Positions 47,873 to 61,088 of a stretch of DNA of 64,000 nt are shown here, one piece after another. Numbering within the stretch: position 1 is the first letter of the stretch; the number at the start of each line of letters is the position of its first letter. This stretch comes from Selaginella moellendorffii. Taxonomy: Eukaryota > Plantae > Lycopodiophyta. A program made the translations under genes and the position numbers. The notes beneath the pieces are model-generated. The model was not told the origin of the DNA. It saw only the letters and a list, made by a program, of their open reading frames with translations, and did no database searches. Where the stretch lies: positions 1,200,463-1,264,462 of the forward strand of contig NW_003314266.1 of NCBI RefSeq assembly GCF_000143415.4, given 5' to 3'.

Positions 47873-49809
47873 ATGGCGGATCATAGTCCGCCGCCTGTGG
47901 CGGGAGAGATCGACACAACTGCGCCGTTTGAATCTGTCAAGGCCGCCGTGAATCTCTTTGGGGAGATCGCCGATTCTAAAGCTTTGAAGTTTCCTAGTGC
48001 CGAGGTACTCGCTTAGATTTTTTTCTCTTTCTTCTTCGTGTGATCTGATAAATTCTCTGTTTTTCTTCTCAGAAGCGCGCATCGTTGGAGCTCCAGCAGC
48101 TTCGCGAGAATTTGGCGGCGACCAGACAGCAGCTCTCTCAAGCGCAAACGTCCAAAAACGCTCTTTTCCAGGAGCTGCTCGAGACCAAGCGCCTTGTCGA
48201 GTTTAAAACTTCTCAGCTCGCCAACGTTTTATCGTCCAAGCCGTCGAGTTCAGAGGTCGCCCGCCAGGCGGAAGAAACGTACACGCAGATCGATGCTGTG
48301 TCAAATGTTGTCCAGGAGAAGTACGAGGAGGCAGTCGCGAATTTGGCCACCACGGAAATGGAGGTTGAAAGGCTAAATGCTGAGATAGAGAGCTCGGTGG
48401 CTGCGCTGGAGGAGCAGCAGCAAGGCCATCAAGGTGAAGAGAAAAACTCGGTTTTGGCAGAGAACGCAACAGAACCTCCACAAATCGTCGACAACACGGA
48501 GGGGCTTAAGAACGAGCTAGCTGCGACAAAAGAGTCCGAAGAGAAGCTGCTGGAGGAGATCGCCGGCTTGAGATCCAAACTCGACAAGGTGAAAGCCGAG
48601 GTAGAAGAAGCCCGGGTTTCAGAGACGAAGGCTACGAAAGCGGCAGGCGACGCGGCTCAGGAGCTCGCAAATTTGAGATCGAAACTAGACACTTTGGTGG
48701 AGGAGAAGAACATGCTCGCCGCTCTTTCCGAGTCGCTGCGAGACCAACTCGTCAAGGCAAAGATGGAGCTGGAAGCTCTCAAAGACGCTGCCGAGTCCGA
48801 GGCCCTGCCTTCTTCAAGCGCCTCGGCGGAGCTGCAAAAGGTCCGAACCGAGCTCGCAGCACTGGTTGCGCTGGAGGCCAAGGCAAAAGACACAATCGCT
48901 GGAGTTTCACAGGCTTTACAAAAGGTGACGTTTGAAGCGGACGAGTCCCGGCTAGCTGCCGAGGCCGCTCTGGAGGAAGCCCACAAAGCAAAGCAGGAGC
49001 TCGAGGAGGCCAAAGCTGCGGCATTTACAGCCGAGAGCCGGCTCGAGGCAGCGACGAGGGAGGCTGCGGCTGCCAAGGCCGGCGAAAGCATGGCTCTCGC
49101 TGAACTAAAGATGCTCTACGAGAAGAAATCATCGGTGGAAGATATCAGCTCTCCCAGCGACAAAGAGGCGCTCGGCAAATCAAAGAAAGAGTGTGACAAC
49201 CTCCGAAAGAGGCTCCAGGAGGCGGAGGAACTGGCGGAGATGAAAGTAGCGGCGGCGCTGGCCAAAGTTGACGCTGCAAAGGCGAGCGAGCGGGAGATCC
49301 GAGCGAAGCTGGAGGCCGTCCGGGGCGAAGTCGAGACGAACAGATCGATGGCGAAGCAGGCGCTCCACCGCGCCGAGACGGCCGAGGCAGCGAAGTCGGC
49401 GATAGAGAACGAACTGAGAAGAAGACGCAGGCCCGCGGACCACTCCACTGGAGTGGCTTCGTCGACGACGTACAGAGGAGGATCTCCCTTGCAAGCCGGA
49501 GCGACGGTGCAAACTCCGGACCGAAGGATGGAGCCGCCACACCATCACACGATGGCGAGGAGGAGCTTGGACTACACCGCGACCGACCACAGCTTCGTCT
49601 CGGCGGACGTCTCGGCCGAGTCCATTGCGCAGCTCCTCCAGCTCAAAGTTTCGCCGCTCAAGACGTCGCTCCCGATCGCGGAGAATCCCGAGAAGTCGGA
49701 CAAGTCGGACAAGTCGGAGAAGAAGAAGAAGAGCAAGCCGTTCATGAAGCTGGGATCTTACTTGAGCAGGAGGAAGAGCTCGGTTGGATCCACTTCTCCC
49801 AGGATGTGA
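47873..49809 (+). CDS. WEB1/PMI2-related (DUF827) coiled-coil protein, one intron
   Basis: GEIDTTAPFESVKAAVNLFG signature; long coiled coil; AETAEAAKSAIENELRR. Confidence 0.92.
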
Positions 49810-50146
49810 GCTCGCGAGCTCGCGAGATCGCGCGCATTGGGGTGGAGTGGAGAGATTTTGGTCGCGGCTTCCCACAAGTTTGGAAGAAAGACAAAGGAGC
49901 GCTTCCGAGAAGCTTGGAAGAACAAAGATTTGCCAAAAGCGAAAAGAAAAACTACACACACAAAGTTACAAATTAAGAAAATATGGAGGTAATGTATTAA
50001 ATTTTTTGGTGTTGTATTGCTGTGAATAAATCTAAACCATGGAATAGATCGAGGACACGTGGCTGGCCAGTATTGTTTCGTGGCGGATGAGGAGGGAAAA
50101 ACATATTTTAGGGCTCTTCCACTTCCAGCTCGTGATCTTGCGCGCG

Positions 50147-51185
50147 ATGACGCTCATCAATCTCTTCCGGAGGTACGAGCGCTGGAATCCCGTCCATCCC
50201 ACGTATGGCGCCTTCTGGGGGATTGGATTCGGGCTGGGCTGCGGCGTGGGATGGGGGCCGGGATTCGGCCCCGAGGTCATTGGCTATGTCGGCTCTGGAT
50301 GCGGCGTGGGGATCAGCGTGGGAGTGACAATGGTGGGAGTTGGAGTTGGGCTTCCCGCTGGCGGCCTCGCTTGCGTCCCTTCCGACGGTATGTCCTTGGT
50401 TTTCAGCTCAATTTCTCGATCTAGTTTGCTAGAATTCCTGCATTTTCTGCCTAGCTCTTTCCTTTCGCAAGGAAAGTGCCTGTTTGAGCTCGATTTCTCT
50501 GCCTTGCTCGTAAGAATCTCCCACGAGAAAGAAAGGCCGGATCTCCAATCTCCGAGAAACTCGTGTTTCTCTCTGGAAAGATTGGAGCTGGAGCTTTGAT
50601 ACAATCCCTGCCTTACTTTTTTCTTTGGCTCTTGATTCTTTGCAGATGTCTCGTAGGAAAAGTCCTAGTTTTCGTGACGCTACTGCTCATCTAGGTGGAT
50701 GCTTGTGTGTGAGTTACTCTTAAATTTCGGTGAAATCAGTGTTTCTTTCGTTTTGTGCTTCCGTGTGTTTGATGATCGCTTGTACGCTAACGTTTACCAG
50801 TCATTTCCTTCTTCTGGGCCTCTAGAGTTCTCACTGATGGCTTTTCTTCTTTGCAGTGGTCTCGTATGCGGGTCACGGGATCATGGATTTCACAAAGTCG
50901 ACCGCAGCTCCAGCAGCGTCGATCGCTGTAAAACGAGGATGGAGTGCGTTGTGTCTGCACATAGGAACAGCTCTAGAGCGAGGTCGACTCGGGCATTCCA
51001 GTCGCAAGAGCTACAGTCTCGATGAGTTCCAAAGGCAATCTCTGGTGGCCCTGAGGCAAGGCTGGGATTCATTCAGTGGCAAAGTCCGGAGTGCCGGATT
51101 GTCTCGCTTGCGTCCATGCAATGCCGGTCTCTTGCAGAGCGATTCTAATAGTAACCAGAGTGAGAGGCCGCCTCCACCATCTTAG
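50147..51185 (+). CDS. Cadmium-induced AS8-like glycine-rich protein, two exons
   Basis: LFRRYERWNPVHPTYGAFWGIGFGLGCGVGWGPGFGPEVIGYVGSGCGVG; intron about 50388-50856. Confidence 0.85.
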
Positions 51186-51699
51186 TGCTTCGCCTTGAGT
51201 TGATAGGATTGATTGCTAACTTCGGTTTTGTACGTAAGCTGTTCCATTTTCATGTAAATAATAATATTAGGATTAAGCGAAGAATGTGATTTTGTTTTTA
51301 TTCGAAGAACTGCTAATAATCAACGAGGACGATCAAGACAAAGAAAGCAATTGATTGAGCAAAGTAGTGATTGGCTCTAGTTGTGATCCTGCTCGAGCTT
51401 CAAGTTCTCGTCGGTGGCGTAAACCACGCAAGCCTGAGCCGTGGAATGAAAAATTTGCGAAAGATTGTCAATGATGTTTGGAAATAAGTAATTACAGTTT
51501 TATAACTTAAAAAATGCCCTGGACAAGCCGAGGAGAAAGAAGATGAGATTATTGCTTTTGTTCAGTTCCACTGCTTGAGAACACAAATCTTTGTCCTCCT
51601 CCATCGCGCTGTGAGAGTGTCGTGAAAATGCTGGATGGATTGGAAGAAGTTCCACTGTCGCCCGATTCCAGGCTGGCAAGCCACAATTCCGATGAAGAT

Positions 51700-51900
51700 C
51701 ACTCCTGGAGAAAAGGATCTTTATGTACTCTCCAAACAGGCAAGATTTGTAGGCTGCTGGATGCTCCGAGTCTACAAACTTGTGAATCGGAGAGACTAGA
51801 ATATTAGGAGCTGGGTTGTAGAAATTTGAAACCCATTGCCAGAGAGCTGGGGATCGCGTGGTGTGCCTCAAATCCAAACGTGGCACTGTTATCACTGGAG
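51700..51900 (-). pseudogene. 2OG-Fe(II) dioxygenase C-terminal remnant
   Basis: FYNPAPNILVSPIHKFVDSEHPAAYKSCLFGEY parallels FYDPASDVRVSPIPKFVDTEHPAAYNPCVFRDY at about 57950-58050. Confidence 0.8.
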
Positions 51901-52032
51901 CTACCAAAGAAAGTCAGGTACTACATCAAAGCTTAGATCTTTCTTCTTTTATTTTTCCAGCTTGTCGAAAACGTGAAGGCTCTATTGGTGATAGAGGTCA
52001 TGAAAATTCCTGGTAAATAAAAAACTAGAAGT

Positions 52033-52114
52033 CGTCGCCTGAGAGATTCGAACTCTCGCGGGGAAACCCCATGTACTTAGCAGGCACACGCCTTAACCAC
52101 TCGGCCAAAGCGAC
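52033..52114 (-). tRNA. trnS-GCU: tRNA-Ser(GCT), nuclear
   Basis: GTCGCTTTGGCCGAGTGGTTAAGGCGTGTGCCT-GCT-AAGTACATGGGGTTTCCCCGCGAGAGTTCGAATCTCTCAGGCGACG: 82 nt, long variable arm, upstream CAA, downstream T-run. Confidence 0.98.
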
Positions 52115-52659
52115 ACTTGATCAGAAAATCCTTCCACAGTGTTATAGACATTATAGGGGCTATATCACAGAAAAACTGTACCCGATCATGAAGATAAAAA
52201 GGACGAGACGATTGTTCAGGTTCGTTTCCATTGCACAAGAAAAATCGATTAGCACTTTGAAGCATCATATGACTTCAATCATGTTGGAACAAAAAATAGA
52301 ATCTCACAGAAAAGAGAGTTTACCTTTGACTTGTGAGAGTGTGTCCATTGGTTTGTGAGGCCGTGCCAACGTTTTGGAATGTCACCACTATTTGGTCTTT
52401 GTTTCTCATACTAGTCCAAGAGCTTTCTCTCGGGTGGAGGCAGCAATCCATCTTCATCCTCTCGGCGAGTGTTAGTGAAGAACTTCTTACGAAAGCACAT
52501 TGAACGTGGAATAGTTAATCTAGAAGCGTAAAAACTTTACCGTGTAATTTAGACAACCTTAGCTGACTAGCTCTAGAAGACAGGGTTTGAGAAAAGCTTT
52601 TTATACACATTTTGCAGAAGGATAACCAGTCATTTGTGTTTTTCCATTCAATTGCTGTA

Positions 52660-53490
52660 CTTTGATCCTGCTCGCCACCACTGAGGTCATTTCCGTTTTG
52701 AGCATAAGCCGCGATCATGGCGTTCCAGGCCACCAGGAGCTGGCTAGAAGACATGAAAGCAGCGTCAACCTGGTTGCGAGCTCAGCCCCAAGCATCGAGC
52801 AAGCAGCGAGAGCTCCAGCGCAAGTCAGGTTTGATCCCTGCGGAGCTCATCTCCCTGTATAGCCGAATCACTTCCGAGCTAGCTGGGCGTAAGCTGCCAG
52901 CATCGCGTTCCAGCAGTTTGCGCTGGGCTGACTTGCCTCCAGCACCTTGCGGACATGGAGACTAGCGCAGCCTTCACAGCAGCGTCCGTGAAGACCTTAG
53001 AGTCTGTAACTATGATAATCCACCTTGAAAGTACGCCTAGATCAAAATCCTTCCTCCAAATCCCTGAGTTCCAAACAGGCACTTGAGAAGTGTTTCACAC
53101 CACGACCACCTTTGTATCCTTGTAGAAACTCTCACTCGAGCCTGCCGCACGTTGATGAGTGCCGCCACAGTGAAAGTCGTGTCGCTGGCTTTCAATCCGA
53201 AATCCTCGTAGAGATGTCGTTGGTCGATCTGCCCGCCCTGGGCATATGCCGCGATCATCAAGTTCCCTCTATCCGATCGAGGCCTCTCGCAGCCTCACAG
53301 CGCGAATACATCTTCACGAACCCAACGTCCACATCTATCCCGCTCTGGAACTCGCCACTGGAAATCCTGGCATCCCTAGCACCCATGCCTAAACATCTCG
53401 ATCGCCTTGCGTTCTTGGTGGAAGACCTCGATGGTGTCGTCAATCTGGCCGAGGAATCCATCGCTGGGGCCCCTAAAATATTCCTTTAGT
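52660..53490 (-). pseudogene. PLS-class PPR gene remnant (copy 1)
   Basis: LVAWNAMIAAYAQNG, MIAAYAQGGQ and VKMYSRC fragments with frameshifts. Confidence 0.8.
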
Positions 53491-53630
53491 CTCCTCCGGC
53501 CTGCGTTGTTTTTGCACATTTCTTATCATCCAGCTTGACCTTTTTGGCCATCAAACTTTGCTCTGCTTCTTCCTGATCGCCTCGCCTTCGCTTCAAGCTC
53601 GGCTCCAAAACCATCTTCGTCGTCTCCAGA

Positions 53631-53830
53631 TTAGCCCTCCACCAAATTAGACAATTCCTGTTGTCGTGCAGAATGCTTGACTACCCATGGATGCTTCTTA
53701 ATTTCATGGATTGGCAGCCTCTTTCTCGGGTCCAAGTGGAGCAGCTGGAGAATGAGATCTTTGGCTTCCTCGCTCACATCCGTCCAGTCAAGAAAACTCA
53801 ACGGCACATCTTCCCTCCCCACGCATAATG
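53631..53830 (-). pseudogene. C-terminal part (subdomains X-XI) of a CAMK-group kinase
   Basis: WTDVSEEAKDLILQLLHLDPRKRLPIHEIKKHPWV. Confidence 0.85.
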
Positions 53831-53839
53831 CAATCGTCC

Positions 53840-55140
53840 CGGACAACAAGATGGCATAGAAAAAAAATGCACACCTTTAGAAGGGCACCTTGAGGACCCG
53901 AGAACTGGTTCCCACCGAGATTCTTCTTGCCATACATTGCTTGATCACTATGTCCAACGTTTTGGATGGAGGAGAAGGAGAGTAAGAAATAGTCATAGAG
54001 GTAGTAGAATCCCGGGCGCTGTGGTGACTATAAAAATGTCTATCTATCTCTCTGGAAACTTAAACTTTGTTTGCAGTTTGGAATTGATACTGACAATATC
54101 TTTGTGGAAATCATGAGCGAGCTAGAGCAACTTATTCGGATGTGGTTCTTCTCCTCAAGAAGTTGAGGTTTGACACAAAGCATTCGGACAGGTATAGACG
54201 ATTGGAAGGACATAAAATTTGCTGGACCCCCACGTCGCCACAATTTTTATTCGTTGCAGATAGAAGGTTAGCACCTTGTTTGTTTCATGCTACAGTTTGA
54301 CCATCGAAAATTTCCATGTGACCAAGTCAGGTGGTTTGACAATGACAATGACCACAGACGGTTAAAGCTCAAGTCCATGACAATTGTGAAAATGGAGATG
54401 GTCTTTTAAAAATATTTTTACGCATTTAACTTTGTTCTTTTTTTCTTAACAGGTCCACGCATATAGATCAGAAGATCAACCAAGTGTTTACCGAAACTGG
54501 CAGCAACGCGCTCGCATCATAAATCGTTGCCCAAGCAGCTTAAGAGTGATATCTCTAATTTGTAAAAGCTGGAGGCTTCTCTAATTCACGACATTGAAAA
54601 GGTGTTTGGCATTTGAATATTAATTTCTGCATCATGCTAAATCAATACATTGTTGCAGAAAACTAATACATTGCAGTCGCTCATCGGCATATCGAGCAAG
54701 ATCGATCAAGCATGATCAAGCATTGACCAAACAAACAGAATTAGGCATGAATCTGATTACACCAGACTAGGAGACGGAACTTTCTCGTCTGAACCCATCC
54801 CGGATTTAAAAGACATGCTAGTGTGGTATTGGACTGTCATTCATGTTTGTCCGTTGTTATAGTCGATGGGGCCTAGAGACAGAAACCCCTATGAGAGGGC
54901 AGGAGTTTGGAGGCTCAAGTGGAAGCGCTCGTGGATTTGGAACAGATGCAAGAACTGCAGTATAAAGGTCCATGTTCCTTGAACGCCACTGAGATTGTTT
55001 GGCTCGAAGGCACCATTATTTCCTTGGCAGCTGTCTTTTAGTCAGACACTGTTCTACGGGAATTCAAGGGAGAAAAGTTCCTAAAGGAAATTGTCTTCGA
55101 GCTCTAAAATTAAGCGTTTGACCATTTGGTCAGAAAAGTG
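53840..55140 (+). repeat. About 1.3 kb inverted-repeat arm (left)
   Basis: Near-identical reverse complement of 59785-61088; the ORF track shows mirrored 67-aa ORFs. Confidence 0.95.
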
Positions 55141-55251
55141 AGAAGATTCATGTTCTGGCCTTTTTGTATAAAAGAAAAGTGTATAAAAAAAGCAAGAGTA
55201 GGGCTAAAGAAACTTTCAAGGGTGACGCTCAGTTTCAAGGAATTGACTTAG

Positions 55252-55810
55252 ATGGGTTACTCGGTGCACTTCGTGGGCTGAAAGAGGAGCTCTACGAGTT
55301 ACTTAAACTGCCTCTCCCACAAGAGCAGGAACGGGAGAGCACTGAATCAAAGAGATTGATGGACGAGCAAAGGGCACTCGTGCGATCCATGGAGGCAATG
55401 GAGTTTAACCAGGCAAGCATAAGAGACTTGTTCTCGGTGGAAAGGGTCGGGGAGGGCAATCAATTGTGTACAAAGTGAAACGTAAGAGTGATGGTCAATT
55501 GTTTGCTTGCAAGTCGACTACTCTTGAAGACCAAGCTGAATTGGAGATCAGAGTACTCACAAAACTCTCCAAGAGTAAAGAGAGGAGTGGCGTGGTTCAA
55601 CTGGTGGATGTTTTCAAGGACGAAGATCACTATTTCCTCCTCATGGACCTATGCCAGTGCTCGTTGACTGAGGTGTTGTTGAAAAAGAAAAAACTGAGCG
55701 AGCATGAGGCAGCAGTGGTGATCAAGAATGTGGCTAGGACTGTGGGAAAAATGCATGACATGGGCATGGCTCACAGGGACATCAAGACTGACAACATCCT
55801 CCTAGTTGTA
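55252..55810 (+). pseudogene. N-terminal half of a CAMK-group (CDPK/PPCK-like) kinase, frameshifted and truncated
   Basis: VGEG / frameshift / VYKVKRKSDGQLFACK..E..HRDIKTDNILL, with no DFG or APE after it. Confidence 0.85.
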
Positions 55811-56134
55811 ACATTGAGAGGCATGGATGGTATTTTAATGCTTGATAGAAATTGATTTTTATCTAGATTCTACTTGATTTTTTTTTTTAAGTATATGTGG
55901 TATCAAATAAATCGTCGACGTGCAGCCATAGAGCTCAAGCAGAACCAACCAGACGTAGCACTTCCTTCAATCATTATATTCGTTTACATTGGGAAGAATG
56001 CGAATGTTTTTCCTTAAGACCTTGTGCTCCAACTGAAGAATCAACAAGGACGATCTGGTGAAAGAAAAAAAAACAAGCCTGTAATTCATATCCTTTCGAA
56101 GAAACTCCATCAACCTTTGGGGACGTGATCGGCT

Positions 56135-56691
56135 CTAATTGCGATCCTCCTCGAACTTCAAGGTCTCGTCGGTCACGTAAACCATGCAAGCCTTGGACAA
56201 CACAGCCTTGGAATGAAATTTTTGCGAAAGAAAGTTAAGAAGCAGACCTTGACATAGTTTGCATTTGGAAGGCTTGTACTGATCTCTTCGACATCGAGAT
56301 CTTCGAACGGGTTCTTGACGAGCTGGCTTCCAAACACCGTCTCGTCACAATCGACCCATTCGTCCTCGACGTCCGAGATCACATCCGGATCCACTGCCAC
56401 AGAGAATTTGAATGGATCGAAGCTTTGAAATATTTCGAGATCGACCGTACCATTCTCTTCGCAGATTTCCTCCAGATCTCTCCTCAGTGCGTCCTTGAGA
56501 CCTTGATCCAGCGGGCAATCGAGCCTGTGAAAAGAAAAAAAGAAGCACTGGAGAGAGACATCGAGCGGCTTCTTACCATTTCCGCATCCAGAACTTGGAA
56601 TGCTTGCGGCGATCTTCATCACCTTGGTCGGAGTCGGAATCTGCGCGGCGATCGATCGAAGAGCTCGCCGGCCTGGCTTTCTTGAATCCAT
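56135..56691 (-). CDS. Small acidic hypothetical protein, probably 3 exons
   Basis: MDSRKPGRRALRSIAAQIPTPTK.. then acidic exon; plausible GT-AG introns; telo-like motif upstream; no family recognised. Confidence 0.4.
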
Positions 56692-56857
56692 GGCGCTGCT
56701 CTCCCGCTCCAGCCATATTCCAAAATATTTGTTCTGCTCTAGGGCAGAGACGTAATCTCCCCCGCCCATTTGTAAAGACTTTCAATCGAAGCCGTCCATT
56801 TGATTTTCACTTGAGAAGCATCTTGATAGATTCTCTTTTATTTTAAATTGCGTGGCT

Positions 56858-58107
56858 ATGGCCGCTGGATGGAACAAGCTAGACGGTGCCAAGGCGCTCG
56901 TCGATAGCGGCATAGACAGGCAGATTTCTATGTCAAGCCCCTCGATCAGAGGCTCTCTCCTCAAGATCTGGCGCTCCACGCCGACGAAATCCCGGTGATC
57001 GATGTCTCCCCGCTGCTGGATTCCAAGCCTACTTCATCCGATCGCAGCAAGGAGGACGTAATCGCCGAGCTGCTGGATGCGAGCGAGAGATGGGGCTTCT
57101 TCCAGGTAAGAAACTGTGCCGCGTATGGAATCGTCTCAACAGGAACTGGATCTAGGTTATCAATCACGGCATCGGCAGCGATCTCACGCGGCGGATGCTC
57201 GCCGTGGCTCACGAATTCTTCCAGCTGCCGCTCGCGGAGAAGATGGTCTCCTATAGTACGGACATAGACGCCGCCGTGAGGTACGGCACGAGCTTCAATC
57301 CGCTCAAGGAGGTGTTTCTAGACTGGCAAGACAATCTTTTGCATCGATTTCTACCGGAGCGCCAGGATCAGCCACATCCATGGCCGACCAAACCAAGCTC
57401 TTACGAGTAAGTCTAAGTGCTAGACTTGGTTCATCCAATTCTCTTGCCTGGTTTTCTCTAAGTTTTCATGGATCGTCCAGGTTGATTGCTGGGGAATTTG
57501 TGGATCAAGCCAAGTTTCTGGCCCGCCATCTCCTGCGAGCATTGTCTGAGGGTCTCGGCTTAGGCCCGGACTATTTGGAGGGGGAGTTTGGTGAGCACAA
57601 CGTGGCGCTGCGGCTCAATTATTATCCTCCTTGCCCGAGTCCTGAGCTTGCAATTGGACTGAGTAGTCACTCCGATGTTGGTGGTCTCACGATTCTCTTG
57701 CAGGACAGTGATATCGTCGGACTCCAAGTGAAGGTCCAGGAGAAGTGGAAGACGGTCAGGTCGGTTCCTGGTGCTCTTGTTATCAACATTGGCGACCAGC
57801 TTCAGGCAAGCTAGCAAATAACTTGTAGAATGGTTGATATGTGTGCTTTTCGTCTTTTGGACAGATTTATAGCAATGGAAAGCTCAAGAGCGTCGAGCAC
57901 AGAGCGATCGTAAATGCCGATAAAGCTCGGGTATCAGTCGGGCTCTTCTACGATCCAGCTTCCGACGTTAGAGTATCTCCGATTCCCAAGTTTGTAGACA
58001 CGGAGCATCCAGCAGCCTACAACCCTTGCGTGTTTAGAGACTACCTGAAGAACCTCTACTCCAAGAACTTGGTGGGCAAGGAATTGCTGGAATCCCAAAG
58101 GAAATAG
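56858..58107 (+). pseudogene. 2-oxoglutarate/Fe(II) dioxygenase (DOXC class) with an early frameshift
   Basis: IPVID, WGFFQV, NYYPPCP, HSD..H..RVS are intact, but the frame breaks at about 56920. Third intron has a GC donor (57806). Confidence 0.85.
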
Positions 58108-58821
58108 CCTCGGAAGTGGATGTTTTCAGGAGTGAGAGTTTGGCAGGTCAAGGTGATTCTCAGCCTGAAAAGATGTTTTAAGGTGGCTACTAGTGACCGA
58201 ACTCCAATCCATGTAATTGTCATTCTTTTCCTCATGCTTCATGATCTGCTGGAATGTCAACAATGTGCTAATGAGCATCAAAGACTCTTTCAAGTTCATT
58301 TACTTATAATGAAGGTTATTTGATACTGATAAAAGTAAAGGATGTTAGAAAGCTTCTCTTTCCATTTAAAATTCATGAAAAAGAAAATGTAGTTCAAAGT
58401 TGAAATTAAATCTAAGGAATTCATAATATTTCAGTTATGTTTTAATATTGATTACAATGTTTTGATATATTTGGCAATAGGCAAACATGGCCTTCATATG
58501 GTATTCAGGTCCTTGGAGAATCCAGGTCTAGAACACTGAAGTGTTATCAAATGAATTTTAGTGTACTTCCTAAATTTTTTCCGTAAAAACAAGTTGTAAT
58601 GAGCATTCACAAATCATTTTTATATAATAATAATTATTATTATTATTTTCTTAAGCAAACACAGTACTGGATATATCTAGAATATGCTTGAATATTTTGT
58701 ATATACTCTTAAACTATAAAGTGGATATTCTACTATCGAAGACAGTTCTTATTCATTTATATTAATCTTAATTTATAAAATTTCCTAAACACTTTTTAGT
58801 ATATTGGTTTTTGTCTTTTTA

Positions 58822-59784
58822 GTATATTGGTCTTTGTTTCTCAAACTAGTCTGAGAGCTTTCTCTCTGGCAATCCATCTTCATCCTCTCGCCGTCCTTGG
58901 TGAGTGTTAGTGAAGAACTTCTTACGAACCTCGAAAGCACATTGAACGTGGAATAGTTAATCTAGAAGCGTAAAAACTTTTCCGTGTAGTTTAGACGAAC
59001 CTTAGCTGACTAGCGGTTTGAGAAAAGCTTTTTATACACATTTTGCAGAAGGGTAGCCGGTCATCTGTGTTTTTCCATTCAATCGCTGTAAGCGTAGGCT
59101 ACTATGATCCTGCTCGCTACCACTGAGGTCATTTCCGTTTTGAGCATAAGCCGCGACCATGGCGTTCCAGGCCACCAGGAGCTGGCTAGAAGACATGAAA
59201 GCAGCGTCAACCTGGTTGCGAGCTTAGCCCCAAGCATCGAGCAAGCAGCGAGAGCTCCAGCGCAAGTCCGGTTTGATCCCTGCGGAACTCATCTCCCTGT
59301 ATAGCCGAATCACTTCCGAGCTAGCTAAGCTGTCAGCATCGCGTTCCAGCAGTTTGCGCTGGGATGACTTGCCTGAAAACTTGGCACGTGAGATCCAGCC
59401 TCCTCCGGCACCCTGCGGCAGCCTTCACAGCAGCGTCCGTGAAGACCTTAGAGTATGACTATACCTGTCTCCCCTAGGTGTCGCTGGCTTTCAATCCGAA
59501 ATCCTCGTAGAGATGTCGTTGGTCGATCTGCCCGCCCTGGGCATATGCCGCGATCATCAAGTTCCCATATTCTGATCGAGGCCTCTCGCAGCCTCACAGC
59601 GCGAATACATCTTCAACCCAACGTCCACAACTATCCCGCTCTGGAAGTCGCCACTGGAAATCCTGGCACCCATGCCTAATCAGCTCGATCGCCTTGCGTT
59701 CTTGGTGGAAGACCTCGATGGTGTCGTCAATCTGGCCTATCGCTGGGGCCCATAAAATATTCTTTTAGTCTCCTCCGCGTTGCG
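58822..59784 (-). pseudogene. Direct duplicate of 52385-53520, including the PPR remnant (copy 2)
   Basis: Near-identical sequence in the same orientation with independent deletions. Confidence 0.9.
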
Positions 59785-61088
59785 CACTTTTCTGACCAAA
59801 TGGTCAAACGTTTAATTTTAGAGCTCGAAGACTATTTTCCTTTAGGAACTTTTCTCCCTTGAATTCCCGTAGAACAGTGTCTGACTAAAAGACAGCTGCC
59901 AATGAAATAATGGTGCCTGCGAGCCAAACAATCTCAGTGGCGTTCAAGGAACATGGACCTTTATACTGCAGTGCTTTCATCTGTTCCAAATCCGCGAGCG
60001 CTTCCACTTGAGCCTCCAAACTCCTGCCCTCTCATAGGGGTTTCTGTCTCTAGGCCCCATCGACTATAACAACGGACAAACATGAATGACAGTCCAATAC
60101 CACACTAGCATGTCTTTTAAATCCAAGATGGGTTCAGACGAGAAAGTTCCGTCTCCTAGTCTGGTGTAATCAGATTCGTGCCTAATTCTGTTTGTTTCGT
60201 CAATGCTTGATCATGCTTGATCGATCTTGCTCGATTGCCGATGAGAGACTGGAATGTATTAGTTTTCTGCAACAATGTATTGATTTAGCATGATGCAGAA
60301 ATTAATATTCAAATGCCAAACACCTTTTCAATGTCGTGAGCCTCCAGCTTTTACAAATTAGAGATATCACTCTTAAGCTGCTTGGGCAACGATTTATGAT
60401 GCGAGCGCGTTGCTGCCAGTTTCGGTAAACACTTGGTTGATCTTCTGATCTGTATGCGTGCACCTGTTAAGAAAAAAAGAACCAAGTTAGATGCGTAAAA
60501 ATATTTTTAAAAAACCATCTCCATTTTCACAATTGTCATGGACTTGAGCTTTAACCGTCTGTGGTCATTGTCATTGTCAAACCACCTGACTTGGTCACAT
60601 GGAAATTTTCGATGGTCAAACTGTAGCATGAAACAAACAAGGTGCTAACCTTCTACAGTGCTGCAACGAATAAAAATTGTGGCGACGTGGGGGTCCAGCA
60701 AATTTTATATCCTTCCAATCGTCTATACCTGTCCGAATGCTTTGTGTCAAACCTCAACTTCTTGAGGAGAAGAACCACATCCGAATAAGTTGCTCTAGCT
60801 CGCTCATGATTTCCACAAAGATATTGTCAGTATCAATTCCAAACTGCAAACAAAGTTTAAGTTTCCAGAGAGATAGATAGACATTTTTATAGTCACCACA
60901 GCGCCCGGGACTCTACTACCTCTATGACTATTTCTTACTCTCCTTCTCCTCCATCCAAAACGTTGGACACAGTGATCAAGCAATGTATGGCAAGAAGAAT
61001 CTCGGTGGGAACCAGTCCTCCAAGTTTTCGGGTCCTCAAGGTGTCCTTCTAAAGGTGTGCATTTTTTTTCTATGCCATCTTGTTGTCC
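59785..61088 (-). repeat. About 1.3 kb inverted-repeat arm (right)
   Basis: Reverse complement of 53840-55140. Confidence 0.95.

Noticed and set aside
53840-61088. Pack-MULE or foldback element with 1.3 kb TIRs
   Set aside because: No target-site duplication at the outer ends; the split kinase is better explained by duplication plus inversion.
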